Assembly: GCA_031553975.1 (NCBI GenBank)
Contig: JAVBKP010000049.1
Location: 1-49,829 of the forward strand
Direction: 5' to 3'
DNA from: Anaerovoracaceae bacterium
GTDB taxonomy: Bacteria > Bacillota > Clostridia > Peptostreptococcales > Anaerovoracaceae
Length of the DNA: 49,829 nucleotides
Position numbers and translations under genes: made by a program. The notes below the pieces were generated by a model, which was not told the DNA's origin, did not search any database, and saw only the letters and a list, made by a program, of their open reading frames with translations. This document shows positions 19,000 to 27,930 of this stretch, one piece after another (position 1 is the first letter of the stretch; the number at the start of each line of letters is the position of its first letter).

Positions 19000-19034
19000 A
19001 AGAAAAAGAGCAGATTTGCCTCTGCTCTTTTTCC
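19000..19034 (-). terminator. Bidirectional rho-independent terminator downstream of giant protein B
   Basis: Perfect 9-bp stem AAGAGCAGA/TCTGCTCTT with a 6-nt loop, flanked by an A-run and a T-run. Confidence 0.6.
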
Positions 19035-19050
19035 ACTATTTTGCGTTGAT

Positions 19051-22000
19051 TTATTGTTGAACCGTTACCCATCCACCTGGAGGTGTTGTGTTTTTGTTCA
19101 CGTCTGAAGGTGCTACGAAAACTCTTTCTTGTTCTATATACAACGTACCTTTCTTTTGTCCGTTGTCTTTCCATGCACCGTTTTGTGTATCGGCTAAAGT
19201 CTTCACGATATGTCCGTCTTGGACTTTAATAAATGCGCTAGGGTTCCTATTGTATAAGTCTTTCAACGTTAAGCCTTTATTCGTATCTCGTTGCATGTAT
19301 GGGTTGTTTAGTGAGATGTATACACAATCTTCTTTTCCATCTGTATAAACATATCCAGTTCCAAGTCCTATTCCATAGTCATTGGTAACTTTATTGTATA
19401 CATTCTCCCAGTCCCCTGTGACTTTTAGTGTATACATTATCCCTTTGCTATCTTCAAAGCTGAATAAATCTCCCACTCTTGGATAGTCGTTTGTCTCTTC
19501 CGTAGGTGTTGGTACTACTGGTACAGTTCCTGTAACAGTAACTGTGGCTGTAGCCATTTTACCATTAACGGTAGTCGCTGTGATTGTAGCTTTTCCTGCT
19601 CCTACAGCTGTAACGATTCCTTCATTGTTCACGGTAGCTATACCTGTATCATCACTTTTCCATGTCACAGTTTTGTTATTCACGGTGGTAGGGGTGATGG
19701 TGGCTAGCAGTTTGTAAGCCTTGCCAGATTCTAATGAGAATGAAGTTTTATCTAATGTTATCTTGGTCGGACCTCTTTCAACAGTAACTGTACATGTAGC
19801 AGTTTTGTTGTTATCTACAGTCGTAACTGTGATAATCGCTTTACCTGCTGCAATACCTGTAAGTTTTCCAGTATCATCGATTCTTACCGCCATTGGGTTA
19901 GCACTAGACCAAACCACTTCTTGGTTGGCTTCTTTGGCTAAAACAGTAGACGTTAATTGTGCTGTCTCGCCTTCTGTTATTGTAAGTGTACTACTACTTA
20001 GTTTAACCTCTGTTACACCAATGCCTACTGTTACTACGCATGTTGCTGTCTTTTGTCCATCTACGCTAGTTGCTGTAATGGTAGCGGTTCCTGGTGAAAG
20101 CGCTGTTAGGTTGCCTCCCGCATTGGTTTTAACAATAGTAGGATTGTCACTGGTAAATGTAACTTGCTTGTTACCTGCATGGCTTGGAAGTACTGTTGCA
20201 GAAAGTTTGTAAGTTTCTCCTGCACCCATATTGAGCGTAACTTTATCCATATACACGCTAGTAACTTTTGCCAATGGCTCTATTACGGTAACTGTACATG
20301 ATGCCACTTTGTTCTTATCTGATGTAGTAGCATAAATTATGGCTTTCCCTGTTCTTTGTCCTGTAACAACACCGTATTCATCAACGGTAGCTATACTTGG
20401 GTTCGCCGATGTCCAAATCAATGCGGTATTATCTGCATTTGATGGATTAATGGTAGCTACTAGGGTTGCTTTCTCGCCTTGACGAACTGTTAATGCTTTA
20501 ACATTAAGTGCAACACTATTCACTTTTACTACTACTGTAACTTTACATGTTACCTTCATTCCATTTGGCGCGGTTGCTGTAACATCCACTGTACCTTTAG
20601 CTACTGGTGTCACGTTGCCGCTTTGATCTACTTTTACTATGCCTGTGTTTGCACTTGCCCAAGTTAAAGATTTTAGACTTTCCTCATCTGGGCTAGCTAT
20701 AGCATCGATTTGCTTCGCTTTTTCTCCAAGTACAAGTGTCAATTTGCCACTTTCTAAAGATAGCTTATCGATGGCACTATATACATTAATAACAGCACTA
20801 ACTTTTCTACCATCTTCTGTACTTGCTGTTATATTGGCTATGCCTTTGCTAACTCCTGTAACTATGCCATTCTCATCTACTGTGGCTATTTTACTATTGG
20901 ACGTGCTCCAAATTGCTTTATTGTAGGTAGCATTGGTAGGTGTTATTGTAGCTACAAGTTTAGTGGTGCCTCCCACTAGTATTGTTTTGCTAGTCGGGCT
21001 AAGTGTCATGGATGTAGTAGGCACGAATACGTTAACTGTTATCTCTGCCACCTTGCCACCAACATTTGCAGTTACAGTAGTAACTCCTTTTGCTACGCCT
21101 GTTACGATACCATTGGCATCAACCTTAGCTATTGCTGGATTTATTGCCTTCCACTCCACTGGTCTTGGGTCCTTGGTGTCCCCGTTGACATTTGCAAGTA
21201 ATTTGATTGTTCCTGCAATTCTAACTTCAACTGCTTCACCTGAAACCGTTGGGTTAGCATCAATTGCTAATGTATCAACAGCAGACAATACTGTTATATT
21301 TGATGCACCACGGTTGGTTCCCTCAGAAGGATTCGCATAAATTGTTGTCTTACCTACTGCTAGGGCCTTGACTGTGCCATCTTCGCTAATTGAAACAATG
21401 TTATTGCCATTGGTCCAAGTCACTTTTGGATCAGTCGCATGGCTTGGGTATACAAGAACATCAAGTTTTTTCTCTTCGCCTAATGCCATGACAACATCTT
21501 TGCCTTGGTTGACTTTGATGCTACTCACTGGCACAACCACAGTGACCTGACAAGTGGCAGTTTTTCCATTGCTTGTGGCAACAGTAACGGTAGCTGTACC
21601 TGATTTGTTACCTGCTAATAGATTTCCACCATTGACATTGACAACACTCTTATCGCTTGTGGTCCATGTAAGTTTTCCATCTGTAAGTCCTTTTGAAATA
21701 ATATTTGCCACTAATTTATATGACGATAGTGCATTTAGTTTGACTGCACTAGGTGTTAGCTCTATACCGTCTGCACCGCATACTACAGTTACTTTACATA
21801 CAGCTACTTTACCGCCGGCATTGGCTGTAATAGTAACAGCACCAGTGGTCAAGGCTTTTATTGTCCCATTGTCGTCTATTGTTGCTATTTCTGTATCGCT
21901 GCTCTCCCACGAAACGTTCTGAATTGTAGCGTTGGCCGGAGACAAAGTTGCTTTAATATTCGCGCTCTGTCCTTCGCCCATCATCAATGTGACTGGGTTT

Positions 22001-23961
22001 ATTGCAATACTGTTGATAGGAATAGAAACTCTAACGGTAGCTTCTGCATATTGCCCAGATTTAGCTTTTAATTTTACTACTGCTGTTCCTGGCTTTTTGC
22101 CGGTTACTTTACCTGTTTGATCCACAGTAGCAACGCTTGTATCAGATATTGACCATTCTAACCCTTTTCTCTTTGAAAGGTCTGAATTAGAAGTCGGTTT
22201 TAGCTGTTCCACTTTTCCAACATGAACTGCCGCATCAGATGGGGTTAAATTCATCCATTGTATTGGCTCTAGCACTGTTACAGTACACGTCATACTCTTG
22301 CCGTTGGCAGTTGATGCTGTAATGACTGATGTTCCAGGGCTAACTGCTGTAAGCATACCATTTGACTTAACTGTCACCGCAGAATTGTTGCTAGATGACC
22401 ACGTTATGTCTTTATTCTTTGCTGTCAATGGCTCTGCTTTTCCATTTAATTTAGCTTTTTCTTTCACTTCTAGCACTAAACTAGTCTGATCTATGGTTAT
22501 TTTTTCCACCTCAGCCATAACAGCTACGGTGCAGCCTGCTACTTTACCAGATGTTGTGGTTGCTGTAATATAAGCAGAACCGCCTTTTACTGCTGTAACT
22601 TTTCCGTTCTGGTCTACTGTAGCCACTGTCGGATTACTCGTCTTCCAAGTCACCACTTTATTGGCATCGACATTAGGATATACCTCTACCGATAAATCCT
22701 GGCTGGTGCCTACTTCCATGCTAAGACTTGCTTTGTCTATTTTTATGGCCTGCGCATCGATTAATTCTGGGCTGCCAATGGTTGCTTGCTCTGTCCCCCA
22801 GTCTGCTTCTGAGAATTTAACAACTAGCGCATCGTCTCCACCTTTGTATCCTGGTACTTCTTTTGAGTTGGTGGCTCCAACAGCATAAACATCACCATTG
22901 CTTACACGAATCACATCATTTAACGTGTCTGTGCCACTAAACGCCACTATTTTTTCACTCTCTAGGGTGAATACGTTGTCTTTTAAATCAACTTGTGCTG
23001 CCCATCCGTCTTGGTCAATACTTCCAGCCACGTAGAACTGGTTGCCAAGTTTTTTGAGACTCTGCACTTTACCATCTAAGTCAAGTACGCTTTCCACTTG
23101 TATGGTTCCTGCTTGATCGCTAGGAACAGACACAAGTGCTATGATGTTGCCACCTGCCACTACATATTTGTCATTCTCAACGTTAATTATATCTGTAGTG
23201 CCTTTAATTTGGCTTGGCATTGTCCAAGACTGAACTTTGTGGCCTGTGGCTAGATCCACAGAAGAAATCTTATTGTTTATTGCATCAATTAGAACAACAT
23301 TTTCGCTCTTTCCATCTATAGCTAGTGACCCGTTGCCTGGGCCCATTCCTTCAATATTCTCTTGCCCAAACTCACTAATGTTCTCTGTGTTCCATACAGT
23401 TATGCCGTCGACTCCAATTTTTCTTAAAAACGGTTTCTTCGGACTTCCGCCTGTGGCACCAGTTATTATAAACTCACCGCTTGGAGTCTCAACAATACCA
23501 GAAGAGCCCCAGCCTTCGATTCTTCCTGTATCAAATCCGCCCTTGCTGCCACCTTCTTTGATGACCCAAGTGCCCCAATACTCACCACTGCCCCAACGCC
23601 CTGTGGTTATGTACCCGCCATCTTTTGTGGCTAGTATATCTGATCTAGGGCTAAACATAGCACCTTCATAGGTTTTGGCAGAGCCTAATGCTCCGTCTTT
23701 ACCTATGCCCATAACAAAGCCGCTATAGTCTGCTACTGGTCCTGCAATATCACCGCCAGTAACGCTAGTATTGGCTAAAACATAAATGCCATCACTTCCA
23801 CGCTCTATTAGTGCATTTGCACTGTTGTCTCCTGCATTTCCAATGGCTTTAATCCAACTTTGACTGCTATCCGCAGCAAAAGCTCCCATTGGCGCACAAA
23901 GCATGGCAACGCTTATAGCGAATATTGCTAGCCGTGCCATCTTTCTACTATACGATTTCAT
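19051..23961 (-). CDS. Giant secreted protein B (1636 aa): signal peptide, N-terminal beta-propeller-like region (SBBP-type repeats), about 13 Big_2 repeats, a Pro/Thr linker, and the same conserved C-terminal domain as protein A
   Basis: AGGAGG RBS. Signal peptide MKSYSRKMARLAIFAISVAMLCAPMGAFA, paralogous to protein A. GGDDALVVKF motif of SBBP beta-propeller repeats. Big_2 consensus repeats. The C-terminal 150 aa align with protein A (KVTGDW...GYVY.DGKE.CVY...FLKVQDG.VVKT...KKGTLYI). Confidence 0.8.
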   Translation of the reverse strand: MKSYSRKMARLAIFAISVAMLCAPMGAFAADSSQSWIKAIGNAGDNSANALIERGSDGIYVLANTSVTGGDIAGPVADYSGFVMGIGKDGALGSAKTYEGAMFSPRSDILATKDGGYITTGRWGSGEYWGTWVIKEGGSKGGFDTGRIEGWGSSGIVETPSGEFIITGATGGSPKKPFLRKIGVDGITVWNTENISEFGQENIEGMGPGNGSLAIDGKSENVVLIDAINNKISSVDLATGHKVQSWTMPSQIKGTTDIINVENDKYVVAGGNIIALVSVPSDQAGTIQVESVLDLDGKVQSLKKLGNQFYVAGSIDQDGWAAQVDLKDNVFTLESEKIVAFSGTDTLNDVIRVSNGDVYAVGATNSKEVPGYKGGDDALVVKFSEADWGTEQATIGSPELIDAQAIKIDKASLSMEVGTSQDLSVEVYPNVDANKVVTWKTSNPTVATVDQNGKVTAVKGGSAYITATTTSGKVAGCTVAVMAEVEKITIDQTSLVLEVKEKAKLNGKAEPLTAKNKDITWSSSNNSAVTVKSNGMLTAVSPGTSVITASTANGKSMTCTVTVLEPIQWMNLTPSDAAVHVGKVEQLKPTSNSDLSKRKGLEWSISDTSVATVDQTGKVTGKKPGTAVVKLKAKSGQYAEATVRVSIPINSIAINPVTLMMGEGQSANIKATLSPANATIQNVSWESSDTEIATIDDNGTIKALTTGAVTITANAGGKVAVCKVTVVCGADGIELTPSAVKLNALSSYKLVANIISKGLTDGKLTWTTSDKSVVNVNGGNLLAGNKSGTATVTVATSNGKTATCQVTVVVPVSSIKVNQGKDVVMALGEEKKLDVLVYPSHATDPKVTWTNGNNIVSISEDGTVKALAVGKTTIYANPSEGTNRGASNITVLSAVDTLAIDANPTVSGEAVEVRIAGTIKLLANVNGDTKDPRPVEWKAINPAIAKVDANGIVTGVAKGVTTVTANVGGKVAEITVNVFVPTTSMTLSPTSKTILVGGTTKLVATITPTNATYNKAIWSTSNSKIATVDENGIVTGVSKGIANITASTEDGRKVSAVINVYSAIDKLSLESGKLTLVLGEKAKQIDAIASPDEESLKSLTWASANTGIVKVDQSGNVTPVAKGTVDVTATAPNGMKVTCKVTVVVKVNSVALNVKALTVRQGEKATLVATINPSNADNTALIWTSANPSIATVDEYGVVTGQRTGKAIIYATTSDKNKVASCTVTVIEPLAKVTSVYMDKVTLNMGAGETYKLSATVLPSHAGNKQVTFTSDNPTIVKTNAGGNLTALSPGTATITATSVDGQKTATCVVTVGIGVTEVKLSSSTLTITEGETAQLTSTVLAKEANQEVVWSSANPMAVRIDDTGKLTGIAAGKAIITVTTVDNNKTATCTVTVERGPTKITLDKTSFSLESGKAYKLLATITPTTVNNKTVTWKSDDTGIATVNNEGIVTAVGAGKATITATTVNGKMATATVTVTGTVPVVPTPTEETNDYPRVGDLFSFEDSKGIMYTLKVTGDWENVYNKVTNDYGIGLGTGYVYTDGKEDCVYISLNNPYMQRDTNKGLTLKDLYNRNPSAFIKVQDGHIVKTLADTQNGAWKDNGQKKGTLYIEQERVFVAPSDVNKNTTPPGGWVTVQQ

Positions 23962-24102
23962 TTTACTTTCCTCCTGGTATTTATATTAGTCCATATGATT
24001 GATTGATTGAAAAAAAGCCACATGAAACCAAGCATTTTGCTTGTTTCATCAGCTAATGATGTTCACATTATATTATCAATATGTAATAATGTCAATGTGA
24101 AA

Positions 24103-24146
24103 ATCAAAAAACATCAACAATTGCTGATGTTTTTTGATTTTTTACT
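24103..24146 (-). terminator. Bidirectional terminator downstream of the small Cys-rich ORF
   Basis: Near-palindrome AACATCAACAATTGCTGATGTT flanked by AAAAAA and TTTTTTGATTTTTT. Confidence 0.5.
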
Positions 24147-24151
24147 TTTAT

Positions 24152-24286
24152 TTACATTGCTGTTCTTACATGACTAATACAATTACTACAAATGCATTTG
24201 TCTCTAAATGAAGTAACATTGCTTGCTCTGCCACACAGTATACACCTGTTCCCGTTACTTCTGCCTAAATACATGCTATCTCTCAC
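24152..24286 (-). CDS. Small Cys-rich protein, 44 aa from the GTG start: (M)RDSMYLGRSNGNRCILCGRASNVTSFRDKCICSNCISHVRTAM. Zinc-ribbon-like CxxC...CxCxxC.
   Basis: AAAGGAGGAG RBS 7 nt before the GTG at 24284-86. Upstream TTACAT-16-TAAAAT promoter. Terminator right after the stop. Not in the ORF track because it is under 60 aa. Confidence 0.4.
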   Translation of the reverse strand: MRDSMYLGRSNGNRCILCGRASNVTSFRDKCICSNCISHVRTAM

Positions 24287-24387
24287 GTTCTCTCCTCCTT
24301 TGACTGTAAGAATGTGGTAATGATATCATGATTTTAATGATTTGTATATTAAATGTAACGATTGGTCATTTTTTTGTATCCTAATGC

Positions 24388-25428
24388 TCATTTTTGTTGA
24401 TTCGTATCCGTTAGAACCATGGGGATGGTTACCTCTCCCCTTATGTCTGTGTTCATTAATTCTTTAATTCGGTCACGGCCATAACCCAGACTTAAAAGAT
24501 AATAAAGCTTAGTTACAGCTGCCTCCACTGTCATATCGTAACCACTGAGAGCCCCTGCCTCAGCTAGCCCACTACTGGTCTCATATAGCCCTACTCTCGC
24601 ACTGCCGCTCATGCATTGGGTACAAACCACAACCATAGTCCCATTGTCAGTGGCGGCTTTTAGCACCCTTTTCAAAGCGTTGTCATTTTCGGGCACGTTA
24701 CCTGCCCCAAAGCCTTCTATAACAAGGCCTTTCAGATTTTTAGTCATAATGTTTTCAAATATTTCAAACTGTATTCCCGGGAAGACCTTTAGTACTGCTA
24801 TTTGTGATTCTATAAATCGCATTAACCTCAATCGTCCCTCAGTCTTTTTAACATGTTTTTTCTTAATCTCTATGTCTACCCCAACTTGTCCTAATAACGG
24901 ATAGTTTGGTGATGCAAACGCTTGCAAATCATCTGCACTTACTTTTGTGGCCCGGTTGCCTCTTATGAGCATACTTCCAAATAGCAGGCATACCTCAGGT
25001 ATCTTATAGTTAGCAGCTATAATCATAGACGTTATTAAGTTGTCTCGGGCATCATTTCTGATTTCCCAAAATGGTATTTGTGAGCCTGTTAATACCACTG
25101 GTTTTGACAGGCCCTCTAGCATAAATGAAAGTGCCGATGCCGTATAAGCCATGGTGTCCGTCCCATGAAGTATAACAAATCCATCATATTTATCATAATG
25201 ATCCGTTATGTCTTCGGCGATCTTTGTCCATTGCTTTACTGTAATATTAGAAGAATCCAGCAAAGGGTCATATTCTATCAATTCAAATAACGGCATCTCT
25301 TCTCGATCTAGTTCCCTAATTTGCGATAGAACTTCTGTCATATATCCCTTTTGAGGGGCAAACCCATTGGCTGAGGGCACCATTCCTATGGTACCTCCTG
25401 TGTGAATCAAGCAAACTTTCTTTCTCAT
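24388..25428 (-). CDS. ansA: Type I L-asparaginase
   Basis: MRKKVCLIHTGGTIGM, HGTDTMAYTASAL and GAGN motifs. Start at the internal ATG at 25428, 11 nt after the flippase stop. The longer track ORF overlaps the upstream gene. Confidence 0.85.
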   Translation of the reverse strand: MRKKVCLIHTGGTIGMVPSANGFAPQKGYMTEVLSQIRELDREEMPLFELIEYDPLLDSSNITVKQWTKIAEDITDHYDKYDGFVILHGTDTMAYTASALSFMLEGLSKPVVLTGSQIPFWEIRNDARDNLITSMIIAANYKIPEVCLLFGSMLIRGNRATKVSADDLQAFASPNYPLLGQVGVDIEIKKKHVKKTEGRLRLMRFIESQIAVLKVFPGIQFEIFENIMTKNLKGLVIEGFGAGNVPENDNALKRVLKAATDNGTMVVVCTQCMSGSARVGLYETSSGLAEAGALSGYDMTVEAAVTKLYYLLSLGYGRDRIKELMNTDIRGEVTIPMVLTDTNQQK

Positions 25429-25439
25429 TTTTTCCCCCA

Positions 25440-26822
25440 CTAAAACACTTTTTTTGCACCGTATACTATATCTTTTATATTCACTAGGATTGCTGCTATC
25501 AATAATAGTCCTACATACATCTGCCCGTTTTCTCTTTCTATTAGCATTATAACACTTTGTATGGATATGATAAGTGTATTTGCCATAAGTTTTGGCAAAT
25601 TCCATCGTATTAACATGAATTTTCTCGTATGAATGGCTCTTATGGCAAACAGCGCACCGTAGCTGATGAGCATAGATACAGCGGCCCCTTGTATTCCTAT
25701 CTCTGGTATTAGCAAATAGTTCAATCCGATGCTGACACCTGCACACGCCACTGTGGTCACTAAGGTGTATCCGCTTTTTTTCTCCACCATATAGATACTT
25801 CCGAGAAAATTAGAAAGACACATAAACCCTGTGGCTATTACGAGAACAGGAATGTATTGCCATGCTACAAAATATTCTGGGGAAGCCAATAGGGCCATGA
25901 GCCATTTGGCAAGGAATATGATGGTGGCAGCGACTAAAAATACAATAGATTGGTATACGCCTATTACATTGGAAAAAAACCTCTCCTTTGCTAGCCTTGA
26001 CTGACTTTGCAGTGCTGAGATTTGCCAAGCATCCATGAATATAGCAGATACGATTATGATCAAAGTCGGAATCTTATAGGCAACCGCGTACAGCCCGTTG
26101 GCTTCTGCACCTAAAAAATATGTAATTATATACCTATTGGCTATGTTTATCAGCCATACTGCAATGGTGGTAGGAATCAGCGGGATAGCGTATATTAGCA
26201 TGTTCTTTGTCAGAGCTTGGCTGACCTTTGTGATGTCAAAATACTTGTACAGCCTTGCAGCTACAACCAAGTACACAGCAGAGATTAAATCTGATACTAT
26301 ATTGGCTACCAGATATCCTACAATGCCATATTCAAATATCACCATGAGCAAAATATTGAATCCAATGGTCATGATCGTCCTAATCAATCCATCAAATGCA
26401 TATAATTTAATACGTCCCAATGCCCGAGTAAATTGTCCGCAAATCGCTCTAAGGCAAGATACTGCCACGTATATGAAAACATACTGGCTATACTCACCTA
26501 CTACGTTAATTTTGCTAATGAGTGGCCATGAAAATAAAAGCAAAGCAATGCCTACTAAATTAATTAAAACCCCTGCAGAAAACACAGCACTTTTGTTGGA
26601 CTGCCTCTCTAGTCCAAACCGAGTAACCGCCCCTGCCATCCCTCCAGAAACAATGGGAATTAGGAGATTGCATGTATTGACAATTAAATCTACTACACCA
26701 TATTCTCCGCTGGAAAGCACCCTTGTATATATAGGTATCATCAAAAAAACCAGTGCCTTAGAACTAAATGTTCCCAAGGCAAAGATAAATGTATCCGATA
26801 CTAGTTTTTTATATTGGCTCAT
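25440..26822 (-). CDS. MOP/MATE-superfamily polysaccharide (oligosaccharide) flippase, Wzx-like
   Basis: About 14 TM helices with the polysaccharide biosynthesis protein pattern. Start is uncertain among a GTG at 26831 and ATGs at 26828 and 26822. 26822 has the best AGGTGA spacing. Confidence 0.7.
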   Translation of the reverse strand: MSQYKKLVSDTFIFALGTFSSKALVFLMIPIYTRVLSSGEYGVVDLIVNTCNLLIPIVSGGMAGAVTRFGLERQSNKSAVFSAGVLINLVGIALLLFSWPLISKINVVGEYSQYVFIYVAVSCLRAICGQFTRALGRIKLYAFDGLIRTIMTIGFNILLMVIFEYGIVGYLVANIVSDLISAVYLVVAARLYKYFDITKVSQALTKNMLIYAIPLIPTTIAVWLINIANRYIITYFLGAEANGLYAVAYKIPTLIIIVSAIFMDAWQISALQSQSRLAKERFFSNVIGVYQSIVFLVAATIIFLAKWLMALLASPEYFVAWQYIPVLVIATGFMCLSNFLGSIYMVEKKSGYTLVTTVACAGVSIGLNYLLIPEIGIQGAAVSMLISYGALFAIRAIHTRKFMLIRWNLPKLMANTLIISIQSVIMLIERENGQMYVGLLLIAAILVNIKDIVYGAKKVF

Positions 26823-27019
26823 CCTCATCACCTACCAAATCTTTATTCTAGTATATCACATATTTGGTTGCCTATATGCGCGGTTTGTGGTAAAATGAAC
26901 ATAGTGAAATCTGTCGCATACAATGCGTGTGTCAGAACCTCTGGTCACAGAGAACCTGATGTACACATTGAGTGCGCCGGAGCTCTTATAAATTAAATTT
27001 TGAGCGGAGGTGCAATTTC

Positions 27020-27811
27020 ATGGAAAATGAACAAAAAGTATTGGCTTCAAATGATTTTCCTTATGTACTATTTGAAGTATCTGACAACATCTGTGGTGTT
27101 ACATGTTCAAAAATGTTATCCATCCAGATTCTTAGTCAAGTAACTCCTATGGTGAACAGTCCTGATTATGTTCGTGGATGCACGAATTTTCGTGGTACTT
27201 TTATTCCACTGGTTGATATTCGTAAAATGACTGGGCAGATTAGCGCTACTGAACACGTAGAACATGACATCAACATACGTCAACGTATCAACGATCATCT
27301 AACTTGGATTCATACGCTTCAGGAGTCTGTTGAAAATGGAGTTGATTTTCCACTAACAGATAATCCTACCATGTGTGCTCTTGGAAGATGGCATGGGTCT
27401 TTTACCTCAGATGATGTCATGTTGCAAAAACTATTAAAATCACTAGAAGAGCCTCACAAGCTTGTACACGCAACAGCGACTCGGGTAAAGGAACTTATGG
27501 CAAATGGAGACAGAGACTCAGCTCTTCATGCCATTCTTCATACTAGAAATACACATGTAAAAGAGGTTATCCGTATATTAGAGCAGATTGATGCAAAGTT
27601 ACATGATGATATTAAAGAAATGTTAGTAGTAATAGAAACTGTTGATGGTGCTAAAGGCCTTATTGTAGACCACGTAGCAGGTGTAGAAGAAATCGAAAGC
27701 TTTGAACCACTACCTGCCCATCTATCACATGCAGCCCACGTTACATGCATTGGTCGTCGCGAGAAGACACAAGAAGCAATTCTCATCTTCGATTGTGATC
27801 AAATTAAATAA
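27020..27811 (+). CDS. CheW-like domain protein with an inserted CZB (chemoreceptor zinc-binding) domain
   Basis: The CheW N-half is FPYVLFEV...VRGCTNFRGTFIPLVDIRKM. The CZB motif is HLTWIHTL...CALGRWH...HKLVH. The CheW C-half is LVVIETVDGAKGLIVDHVAGVEEIE...AILIFDCDQIK. GGAGGTG RBS. Confidence 0.65.
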   Translation: MENEQKVLASNDFPYVLFEVSDNICGVTCSKMLSIQILSQVTPMVNSPDYVRGCTNFRGTFIPLVDIRKMTGQISATEHVEHDINIRQRINDHLTWIHTLQESVENGVDFPLTDNPTMCALGRWHGSFTSDDVMLQKLLKSLEEPHKLVHATATRVKELMANGDRDSALHAILHTRNTHVKEVIRILEQIDAKLHDDIKEMLVVIETVDGAKGLIVDHVAGVEEIESFEPLPAHLSHAAHVTCIGRREKTQEAILIFDCDQIK

Positions 27812-27829
27812 ACAATACGCCAAAATAAT

Positions 27830-27866
27830 TAATCCCTTGTGTTTACGCACAAGGGATTTTTTTCAT
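27830..27866 (+). terminator. Rho-independent terminator, bidirectional
   Basis: Stem ATCCCTTGTG/CACAAGGGAT with a TTTAC loop, followed by TTTTTTT. Confidence 0.65.
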
Positions 27867-27930
27867 TCTTACTATATCAGTGGGACGATTCTAAATCATT
27901 AAACAATCATTTGTATAGTGGTCTTGATTA

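Noticed and set aside
18941-19174. 77-aa minus-strand ORF
   Set aside because: Spans the terminator hairpin and the 3' end of giant gene B in another frame. No RBS.
19721-23671. Plus-strand ORFs inside giant gene B (19721..20212, 20933..21340, 21554..21922, 23237..23671 and others)
   Set aside because: Same antisense-of-repeat-protein artefact, with no independent start signals.
24152-24286. Small Cys-rich peptide as a glycocin precursor for the SunS-like GT
   Set aside because: No double-glycine leader, no C39-peptidase ABC exporter or thiol-disulfide oxidoreductase genes, and the Cys spacing is zinc-ribbon-like rather than glycocin-like. Kept only as a low-probability alternative.
24388-25746. 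452-aa version of the asparaginase ORF
   Set aside because: The N-terminal 106 codons overlap the 3' end of the flippase gene in another frame and are Cys/Arg-rich nonsense. The conserved asparaginase sequence begins at MRKKVCLIHTGGT (ATG 25428) with a G-rich RBS.
26098-26898. 266-aa plus-strand ORF
   Set aside because: Antisense within the flippase gene, with no RBS.
26832-27019. The roughly 140-nt leader of the CheW-CZB gene considered as a c-di-GMP or other riboswitch
   Set aside because: Only short local hairpins (CGCAT..ATGCG, CTCTG..CAGAG). No recognisable GEMM or other riboswitch consensus by eye. It would need an Infernal scan.
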